Part shown: one piece after another, positions 21,188 to 27,394 of the stretch
How the letters are laid out: each line of letters starts with the position of its first letter
Numbering within the stretch: position 1 is the first letter of the stretch
IMG/VR virus record: IMGVR_UViG_3300036760_000193
Location: 1-27,394 of that record
DNA: 27,394 nucleotides
From: a virus
Lineage: Duplodnaviria; Heunggongvirae; Uroviricota; Caudoviricetes
Reading direction: 5' to 3' (one strand)
Notes under the pieces: model-generated
Databases searched by the model: none
Told to the model about the DNA's origin: nothing
Seen by the model: only the letters and a program-made list of their open reading frames with translations
Translations under genes and position numbers: made by a program

Positions 21188-21394
21188 TTATGCTGCTTGT
21201 TGCAATTCCTCTGCGATCTCAAAGATTTTTCCGAACTCGTTAGTTAACAAGTCGCGGGTCGGCTGACCATCTTTGACGATAAACATAGCTGGAGCGTACT
21301 CTTCCGACTCTTGCAGTACAACAATACTTCCTTTCTCGTACACGTCTCTATCAATCGTTAACTTCTGCTTCATCACTGCTCTGAACGTTTTCAT
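21188..21394 (-). CDS. Hypothetical protein
   Basis: 68 aa in operon. Confidence 0.6.
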   Translation of the reverse strand: MKTFRAVMKQKLTIDRDVYEKGSIVVLQESEEYAPAMFIVKDGQPTRDLLTNEFGKIFEIAEELQQAA

Positions 21395-21683
21395 GGAAGC
21401 CCCCTGTATTAACTTGATCTATTTCGACTTTACCATCTTCTTGTACTCGATGCCTCTGGACAATGACTCCAGTGTTTCCTGGTAAATCAGAGGCGGATAC
21501 CCGCCCATTCTCTATTGCTTCTTTCTTTGTTAAAAATTCCTTGGCGTTACTAAACCCAGCTTCCCACACTGCATGATGCACACCATTTGTAATGAATCCA
21601 ACATTGCTCAGGTACAACCTCATTCCGTAAGTCGTCCATGCTGACACAATGAAGAATTCTTTGGCGTACTTTTTACGAGGCAT
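21351..21683 (-). CDS. Hypothetical protein
   Basis: Start moved to MPRKKYAK (21683). Confidence 0.55.
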   Translation of the reverse strand: MPRKKYAKEFFIVSAWTTYGMRLYLSNVGFITNGVHHAVWEAGFSNAKEFLTKKEAIENGRVSASDLPGNTGVIVQRHRVQEDGKVEIDQVNTGGFHENVQSSDEAEVND

Positions 21684-22092
21684 CTTTCTCCCGTGGCTTC
21701 TCCACGATTCGTTGAGACTTCTCATTCCGTTGATAGTAATTGATGTACTCTCCACCAACTTCCCCCGTGATACCATCAGTCAAGTAAACAGCTTTCTCTG
21801 TCTTTGGACTGCCTTCATATTCAAATCTGCCGTCCATTTCTCTCAGAACATAGACCTTGCGTCCGAAGTCTCGCGCCAAAGCTTTCAAAGTCTCTTCGGC
21901 CTCCGTTATATCAAAGTCCCCATACCACACTTTCCCATAGCCTTCCACGACAATGTTGGAATTCCACACAACAAAGTGCGTACCCAACTTGCTCTTTGGC
22001 GCACGTTTGGAACCAGATAGCATCACCCCAGCCCAACCAAGGTGTTTACCCACAATCTCAAGTTGCTGCTGACGATTAAGTTCTACAGCCAT
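21673..22092 (-). CDS. Hypothetical protein
   Basis: 139 aa; AGGAGG RBS; first gene after a promoter. Confidence 0.75.
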   Translation of the reverse strand: MAVELNRQQQLEIVGKHLGWAGVMLSGSKRAPKSKLGTHFVVWNSNIVVEGYGKVWYGDFDITEAEETLKALARDFGRKVYVLREMDGRFEYEGSPKTEKAVYLTDGITGEVGGEYINYYQRNEKSQRIVEKPREKDAS

Positions 22093-22121
22093 GACATCCT
22101 CCTATTGTAATTCTACCCTAC

Positions 22122-22150
22122 AGTATACCATGAATTCGCCGCCGTGTCAA
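22122..22150 (-). promoter_or_regulatory. sigma70-type promoter
   Basis: TTGACA-17 nt-TATACT. Confidence 0.85.
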
Positions 22151-22276
22151 GGGCTAGTTTCTAAAAAAGGCTGTGTAAAATACAGTATAAATCGTCAGTT
22201 TTGACGATTTAAGCGTCCTTACCCTCTTTATTACCCTCTTTTGACGAGTTACCCCTTTTGCGTATTTTATAAAGAG

Positions 22277-22307
22277 ACTCCCTCTTCGAGGGGGTCAAAG
22301 AGGGAGT
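22277..22307 (-). terminator. Probable terminator hairpin
   Basis: ACTCCCTCTT/AAGAGGGAGT 10-bp inverted repeat followed by CTCTTTAT, downstream of the 22333 stop. Confidence 0.55.
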
Positions 22308-22332
22308 TGGTTATTGCGACCGAGCAACCAAA

Positions 22333-22611
22333 TTAAACGGATGCTGTCTCTGACTCAACTGGCTTTACGAACTTCACTTGCCGTTGGTCATTCTTTTCCA
22401 ACTTGAATCCTCGATCCACCAAAACAAACATTCTCGAACGAATGTTATTGATGAGAGTCGCCAAGGTGAATTTACTCCCCGTTGGGGTTGTTAACTGTGC
22501 TTCAAGGAATAGGGCTATCTCTCTGACAGTGCGACCACCTTCTAACAGCAAGGGGTCGATTGCAGAGGAAAGAATACCATCCCGTCCACGTTTTCCTGAT
22601 TTTGTACCCAT
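22333..22611 (-). CDS. Hypothetical protein (possible helical DNA-binding)
   Basis: Start moved to MGTKSGK (22611): GGAGG RBS and a promoter just upstream. Confidence 0.65.
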   Translation of the reverse strand: MGTKSGKRGRDGILSSAIDPLLLEGGRTVREIALFLEAQLTTPTGSKFTLATLINNIRSRMFVLVDRGFKLEKNDQRQVKFVKPVESETASV

Positions 22612-22630
22612 TTTACTTTTCCTCCATTCT

Positions 22631-22659
22631 ATTATACATCTTTTATTTGTCTTCGTCAA
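22631..22659 (-). promoter_or_regulatory. sigma70-type promoter inside the 3' end of the upstream ORF
   Basis: TTGACG-17 nt-TATAAT with TG extension. Confidence 0.8.
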
Positions 22660-23329
22660 TCTCTTTGTTTCTTTCATCTGTTTTGTCGAATAGGTCTTTG
22701 GCTTCTTCTTCTCCGAAAAGCTTCTTCATATCTTCTTTGGCTTTATCTGTAAACTCTACTTTAAGGGGCTTACTGCCGTTGGCTACCCACTCCAGATACT
22801 GTTTCGTCTCGTCATCCATCGACTTTTGGCTTTGGACAAATAACCTAAGCTCAATCTCTTTCTCATAAAAGTCTGCCCCCAACTTATCCTTCAAATGCTT
22901 TCGAGCAGCATGAAAATAGTGTCTGGAGTCCAAATACTCATCATGATACCAGTAGGTTTTCCAATCGTCACCACCAGACACATCCTGCCATAGTTCTTCT
23001 GGTTGTCCAATATCTCTGTTGACTTTATTGTCAAAATCAAAATTAGATTGTGAACAGATTCCAAATCCCAACGGCAACCAATGCCCCCATTGGTCAGACA
23101 CATCCACATCATCCCAACCCATTTTATCACTGTGGTACGCCATGCTTGACAGCTTTATAAATTTAGTGCGCTTGAATCGCCATTTCCAAGTTCTCAGAAG
23201 AACCCACTCTTCAACGCTGTATCGAACATCAATCCAAGCAAGAGCCAACTTGAGTTTAAGATCGTACCACTTTGTCAATGTAGTTTGTTTAATAGCTTTC
23301 AGAATTTGGCGTTTACCTTTGGGTCCCAT
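22643..23329 (-). CDS. Hypothetical protein (Trp/Asp-rich)
   Basis: 228 aa ORF in operon. Confidence 0.7.
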   Translation of the reverse strand: MGPKGKRQILKAIKQTTLTKWYDLKLKLALAWIDVRYSVEEWVLLRTWKWRFKRTKFIKLSSMAYHSDKMGWDDVDVSDQWGHWLPLGFGICSQSNFDFDNKVNRDIGQPEELWQDVSGGDDWKTYWYHDEYLDSRHYFHAARKHLKDKLGADFYEKEIELRLFVQSQKSMDDETKQYLEWVANGSKPLKVEFTDKAKEDMKKLFGEEEAKDLFDKTDERNKEIDEDK

Positions 23330-23711
23330 TTCTTTTCTCCGTTACAATTTCGTTAAGTGAAGCTACAAAATCCAATATGTTTACAGGCAGGAACGTAAAC
23401 GTGTAAGTATGCGTCCTCCCATCTCCCAACTCTGTCTCTCTTACAAATGATTTCATAATCCCAGGAAATGTGTGTGTCTTGGTCTGAATCAAAAATGGTT
23501 GCCCAACCTGAAAGGTATAACCATTGAAAAATTCATCTTTTATTCTTATGTAATGAACCCAATACTTCATATGCTCTTCATGACTGCCGTATTGGGACTG
23601 CCCCCATAAGTAATCCACCCTCAGTTCACACCAAGTCTTTTCCCCACCAAAAGTTCGCTTTGCAATGGGGTCGTACAACTCAACGTCTGTCAATGTTATT
23701 TCGTTCGACAT
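23313..23711 (-). CDS. Hypothetical protein
   Basis: 132 aa ORF in operon. Confidence 0.7.
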   Translation of the reverse strand: MSNEITLTDVELYDPIAKRTFGGEKTWCELRVDYLWGQSQYGSHEEHMKYWVHYIRIKDEFFNGYTFQVGQPFLIQTKTHTFPGIMKSFVRETELGDGRTHTYTFTFLPVNILDFVASLNEIVTEKRNGTQR

Positions 23712-23714
23712 GTA

Positions 23715-24017
23715 TCAAACTTTTGGGGCTTTAGATTCTGGGTCGTTCAAGTCTATTTTCTGATACACTTTTATTCCCAATACACACAACTTAGGATCAA
23801 CTCCAAATGCAGCCTCCAACCAATCGTGGTGCGTTATGTAGGTGATGTTAGCTGCTATCTCACGTCCTGTATACTTTTTTCCATCCCATTCTCGCAAATA
23901 TAAAACAGACCAAAGACGATAAGGTTCTTTCCAAAAATCTTGGGAACGGACTTCGTAAGTTTTAATACCATCCCAAATAGCTTGGAACGCTGCTGGCAAA
24001 GTCTTAGATTCTTCCAT
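23715..24017 (-). CDS. ASCH/DUF3850-like protein
   Basis: KTLPAAFQAIWDGIKTYEVR..D...LYLREWDG.KYTGREI...ITYI. Confidence 0.8.
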   Translation of the reverse strand: MEESKTLPAAFQAIWDGIKTYEVRSQDFWKEPYRLWSVLYLREWDGKKYTGREIAANITYITHHDWLEAAFGVDPKLCVLGIKVYQKIDLNDPESKAPKV

Positions 24018-24229
24018 TATTTGTCCCCGTCTTCTTCTTTTTCTTCTTCAATCGTTGTCCACATAAACGGTACATAGGCTTTCCGACCATCAGATAAGGT
24101 TAACTGCCAAGTTGACCCCGATGCCCCCAAGGTAACATCAAGAACATGTTTGTAAGTAATATCAGCACCAAATGGCACTTTAATTTTCACCAAAAATAAT
24201 AATACCAATAGCATCATCCATTTCTTCAT
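24017..24229 (-). CDS. Small secreted/membrane protein
   Basis: 70 aa; hydrophobic N-terminus. Confidence 0.6.
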   Translation of the reverse strand: MKKWMMLLVLLFLVKIKVPFGADITYKHVLDVTLGASGSTWQLTLSDGRKAYVPFMWTTIEEEKEEDGDK

Positions 24230-24384
24230 TTTCTTTTTTTCTCCTCTTGTATCGCCTCAATCAAAAGGGCAATCTCCGTTTCTAGTCTATGGATCATATC
24301 AAATGCTTCTTGAACACGATATTTAATTCCTGATTTTAACTTCTCTATTTCTCGAAGTCGTTTTAGCAGGTCTTTGTCTTTCAC
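24226..24384 (-). CDS. Small helical protein (52 aa)
   Basis: GTG start overlapping the upstream TGA and stop overlapping the next ATG; MKDKDLLKRLREIEKLKSG... Confidence 0.55.
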   Translation of the reverse strand: MKDKDLLKRLREIEKLKSGIKYRVQEAFDMIHRLETEIALLIEAIQEEKKRK

Positions 24385-24965
24385 ACTGGCACCTTAAGCT
24401 TAGAACGTATAGCACACACCACATCTGTTGCATCGTCTAAGGCGTCATGGGAAACGGGTTGGCGTCCAGTCAGACGGTTGATCTCGCTCTGCGTAGGGAC
24501 ATATCCGAAATCCTGTAGGTAAAGGGAACCAATGTCAATTACTCGATGACTAATCCACCCGTCATTTGCGGAGGTTATGAACCCATTTCTCCGCAAAGAA
24601 GCAATATCAAAATCTTTAACGTTCTTCCCAGCGAAAGTAATAGACTTGCCAGATGGGTCGTAATGGCTTCGTAAAAACTCATGGAAAACGTTTCTTGCTT
24701 GTTCCGTGGCTAGAATCAGGTGATTACTCTTGGCCTTAGCTGCATAGGCGATCTCTTTGAAAATCCAAGCGTTCATGGATATAGCAACTGGGTCAAGCTG
24801 TCCGTGGTAGACTTCATTGGAATTATCTACGAGAAACGATATTCTTTCCAGCCCGTCAATGGGGGTCACGCCATCATCATAAATCATGGCGACTTGAAGC
24901 ACTTGGTCATATTCCATTAAACCAGTTGTCTCAATGTCAAGGGCGATGTAGGGTTTTATGTCCAT
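24381..24965 (-). CDS. DEDDh 3'-5' exonuclease (DnaQ/oligoribonuclease-like)
   Basis: ALDIETTGL (ExoI), AGKNVKDFD (ExoII), SHDALDDA (ExoIII). Confidence 0.88.
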   Translation of the reverse strand: MDIKPYIALDIETTGLMEYDQVLQVAMIYDDGVTPIDGLERISFLVDNSNEVYHGQLDPVAISMNAWIFKEIAYAAKAKSNHLILATEQARNVFHEFLRSHYDPSGKSITFAGKNVKDFDIASLRRNGFITSANDGWISHRVIDIGSLYLQDFGYVPTQSEINRLTGRQPVSHDALDDATDVVCAIRSKLKVPV

Positions 24966-24970
24966 ATCTT

Positions 24971-24999
24971 ATTGTACGTTATAATTTGATGAAAGTAAA
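24971..24999 (-). promoter_or_regulatory. Probable promoter for a leaderless exonuclease mRNA
   Basis: TTTACT-17 nt-TACAAT, ATG 5 nt later, no SD. Confidence 0.6.
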
Positions 25000-25005
25000 G
25001 TAGTT

Positions 25006-25299
25006 TTATACTTCGTCGTTCCAAGGCTCGTCGTCCAAGGCGTCGAATCCTGCGTCCAGGTCTTCATGTAAATTCTTCTCAAATAGCTCATTATCAACGA
25101 AATACTTTCCAATACGCCTGAGCAACCAATACGGCACTCCCGTCTTTACAGGTGCATTTGTAATTTCCGTGGCCGCACAGTTCCAACACTCATGCAACCA
25201 TTCTTCATTGGGGTTGGTTGATTCCTTGTTGGTCATGTCCATCCAATTCCAACAAACCCACATTGATTTGCAGCGTTTACACCGTCTGATTAAATTCAT
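25006..25299 (-). CDS. Hypothetical zinc-binding protein
   Basis: CKRC...HECWNC. Confidence 0.6.
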   Translation of the reverse strand: MNLIRRCKRCKSMWVCWNWMDMTNKESTNPNEEWLHECWNCAATEITNAPVKTGVPYWLLRRIGKYFVDNELFEKNLHEDLDAGFDALDDEPWNDEV

Positions 25300-25625
25300 T
25301 TTTCACTCCCGATAATAATAAAGTAATGGTCGTCTGGTTTCACATTGAAAAACACCAAAGCATCTGGCCGTACCACATAGTACACTTCTTTCGTGTCCTG
25401 GCCGTCTGTAAACCCATCGGGATACAATTTATCTTTGCCACGCCCGATGACCACAATGATTTCTTTATATGTGGATAGATCGGCCTCTACAAAATTCCTA
25501 TGGCTGAAATCTCCCTTATACTGCCTCTCAACAAGAGTCTCCCCAGGATGTTCCCCGTGGATACGCGCTGTCGGGTCACACCCAAACAAAACAAACAATG
25601 GCAAAAGTAACAGCTTGTTTCTCAT
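25296..25625 (-). CDS. Putative lipoprotein
   Basis: MRNKLLLLPLFVLFGC lipobox-like signal. Confidence 0.65.
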   Translation of the reverse strand: MRNKLLLLPLFVLFGCDPTARIHGEHPGETLVERQYKGDFSHRNFVEADLSTYKEIIVVIGRGKDKLYPDGFTDGQDTKEVYYVVRPDALVFFNVKPDDHYFIIIGSEK

Positions 25626-25981
25626 AACTCGTCTCCTTCTGGAAAGAATTGCTTTCTAAAAAACTCAAGAGTCTCAATGGCGTCAAGTTGACTTTGCTCT
25701 ACACCTGGCAACCTCATGATTACATCCATGTACTCATCACTATTGTCCTTGATCGTCTTGCCTTTGAAAAATAGATCGTACACGTCGTCTACACTGCTAT
25801 TGCCGATACTAAAACTAATTGAACTGCCGCTTGACCTCCACATACCAGTATCTGTGTCATTTGTAAAAGACAAAGCAGGAACGGCTAACTCCTCACCGAA
25901 ATCTACTCCAATTATGACACTACCCGCTTCTGAAAATGTTTTAGTTCCCCCGACACTAATCTCTGTGTCGTTTTCGTTCAT
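25622..25981 (-). CDS. Hypothetical protein
   Basis: 119 aa; contains PALSFTNDTDTGMWRS. Confidence 0.6.
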   Translation of the reverse strand: MNENDTEISVGGTKTFSEAGSVIIGVDFGEELAVPALSFTNDTDTGMWRSSGSSISFSIGNSSVDDVYDLFFKGKTIKDNSDEYMDVIMRLPGVEQSQLDAIETLEFFRKQFFPEGDEL

Positions 25982-26153
25982 TGTCTAAATCATCCCTCAA
26001 CTGTTTGATCTCTTTGTCTTTATCAATTAGTTCTTTCAACAACCATTCCACCAACCACCGACCGAGCGTAATGTGAGACATGTAGGCTGGCGTTTGTCTT
26101 AAAAGCTCCCGAACTTCATCCGGCGTACTCATTTGCCTTATCGTCGATTTCAA
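25956..26153 (-). CDS. Small coiled-coil hypothetical protein
   Basis: 65 aa; true start may be 26132. Confidence 0.5.
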   Translation of the reverse strand: MKSTIRQMSTPDEVRELLRQTPAYMSHITLGRWLVEWLLKELIDKDKEIKQLRDDLDNERKRHRD

Positions 26154-26334
26154 CGAGAATGTTGAGTCGCGCCCTTTGGCTTATCTGATGAAAATTAAAA
26201 ATGGTCTCAAAGTCTTCTTCCGTGAATTCCACCAACAGATTCGACAAGCCCTGTATAATATCTGCCTTCGCCCAGCAATAATGGCAGGGTTTGTTGCCAC
26301 TCCTATTTGGTGAACAGTAGCAAACCTCTATCAT
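26116..26334 (-). CDS. Hypothetical protein
   Basis: 72 aa; CYC...CHYC; ATGA overlap. Confidence 0.55.
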   Translation of the reverse strand: MIEVCYCSPNRSGNKPCHYCWAKADIIQGLSNLLVEFTEEDFETIFNFHQISQRARLNILVEIDDKANEYAG

Positions 26335-26834
26335 ATAACCTGCCCTGGGAATTTTACCAAGTTGGCAAACTCATGCTCAAAAATAAATCGGTTGCGCTTC
26401 AAAATATTTGATTGGGTGTAGTGAAGCTTATTCACCGCTTCATCAAACGTTGCCCATATAAATCTGTCCATTTCTGGAAACATGTTGCCGTCCTTATCCA
26501 GAACGAGCTTACCTTCTTTGTCAGTTACAAAACTGAGGCACTTTGGTTCTTTGTCTATCGCCACATCGACAAAATGGGCAAACGCCACAAGAGATTTCTT
26601 ATTGTGAACGTAAGTTTCTGCCCCTAAAAAAATTTCATAGCCTGGGTAGTCTGTAATCATCAAACCTGTTTCTTCTAAGAACTCCCGCGCCATCGTTGTG
26701 TGGTAGGTCTCGTCGCCGTCCCTCTTGCCTTTCGGAATACTCCAGAAGCCAGTGCCATCAGCAGAGTGAGTAGGATGCCCAATCAAAATTCGTTTGTTCT
26801 TGTCAATCAAAAACACACCAACTGAAATGACCAT
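26331..26834 (-). CDS. Nudix hydrolase
   Basis: Nudix box GKRDGDETYHTTMAREFLEETGL preceded by WSIPK; AAAGGAGG RBS before 26834. Confidence 0.9.
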   Translation of the reverse strand: MVISVGVFLIDKNKRILIGHPTHSADGTGFWSIPKGKRDGDETYHTTMAREFLEETGLMITDYPGYEIFLGAETYVHNKKSLVAFAHFVDVAIDKEPKCLSFVTDKEGKLVLDKDGNMFPEMDRFIWATFDEAVNKLHYTQSNILKRNRFIFEHEFANLVKFPGQVI

Positions 26835-26890
26835 GTGACCTCCTTTAAGTAAGACCGTGGGGAGAGTCGAACTCCCCACGATCTCGAAAC

Positions 26891-27394
26891 TTATTTCACC
26901 AATTTAAGAACTTCTTGCAGAGCCGCATCAGTACGAGCCGTGGAAAGAGCCACGCCGCCTTTGAAGTCATGCGTAAGGTACTCTGTGATGCCATTGTAGA
27001 GTGCCCACGCGCTAGGCGTACCGTCCTGGCCTTTGCCAGCGATCCAGTAACCAAGAACCTGATCGGTTCTACGTTGTCCTACCAGTTGCTCCACCAATTT
27101 ACGCGCCACATCTTTGTCAACTACAGTGTTCGCCAAGCTATTGAACGTCTCATTGCATCCCAGGAACATCTGCCGATAATTCTCACTCTTGGAGCCGAAC
27201 GATTCCAACGCTTCATAGATGTTGGCATTATGACGCCCAGCGAAGCCAATGGACTCTTTTGACGGAGCCGACAGGCCGTTGGTGCATCGCAAACGCCAGA
27301 GACCATAGGTCGCACGAATTTTGCTGGTTCCGTCTAACGTCGATTGCAGTGTCAGACGGGCGTTAACAATGTCTCCAACTTGGCGAGTTTTCAC
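26891..27394 (-). CDS. DUF932/DUF945-like protein (5' truncated by window edge)
   Basis: LQSTLDGTSKI...LWRLRCTNG and SAWALYNGITEYLTH patterns. Confidence 0.7.
   Translation of the reverse strand: MKTRQVGDIVNARLTLQSTLDGTSKIRATYGLWRLRCTNGLSAPSKESIGFAGRHNANIYEALESFGSKSENYRQMFLGCNETFNSLANTVVDKDVARKLVEQLVGQRRTDQVLGYWIAGKGQDGTPSAWALYNGITEYLTHDFKGGVALSTARTDAALQEVLKLVK

Noticed and set aside
1-27394. Plus-strand ORFs in the track (e.g. 698-901, 1316-1540, 5220-5753, 8439-9011, 26915-27262)
   Set aside because: All are antisense shadows of well-supported minus-strand genes or tRNAs, with no RBS or recognisable motifs
1-27394. Stop-codon reassignment (code 15 or 4)
   Set aside because: Conserved genes are uninterrupted in code 11, coupled genes end in TAA, TGA and TAG, and no canonical CTA/TCA suppressor tRNA was found

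Overview
A 27.4 kb segment of a large tailed-phage genome, inferred from its gene content. Every supported gene is on the minus strand in tightly coupled operons, the genetic code is standard, and there are several sigma70-consensus promoters. The left arm (1-10.9 kb) carries a ribosomal protein bS21 homolog missed by the ORF track (cut by the window edge), thyX, an HD-phosphatase/P-loop kinase fusion, a nucleoside deoxyribosyltransferase-like protein, phoH, a Fic protein and an RNA-repair run (cyclic-phosphate-processing receiver domain, calcineurin-like phosphoesterase, T4 Rnl1-like RNA ligase). The centre (10.9-19.8 kb) is an array of 34 manually folded tRNA genes covering all 20 amino acids, interleaved with two HNH nucleases, a macrodomain and small ORFs. 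Many of the tRNAs are non-canonical: both Ser tRNAs fold as 8/4 allo-tRNA-like structures, Ile(UAU) and Cys carry long variable arms, all three Leu tRNAs lack one, and several have altered T-loops. The array also contains two tRNA-like elements, two candidate structured RNAs and two operator-bracketed internal promoters. The right arm (20-27.4 kb) holds small hypothetical ORFs plus ASCH/DUF3850-like, DEDDh exonuclease, Nudix and DUF932-like genes. All calls come from reading motifs and folding by eye. No database search or covariance model was run, and the host and capsid genes cannot be determined from this window.
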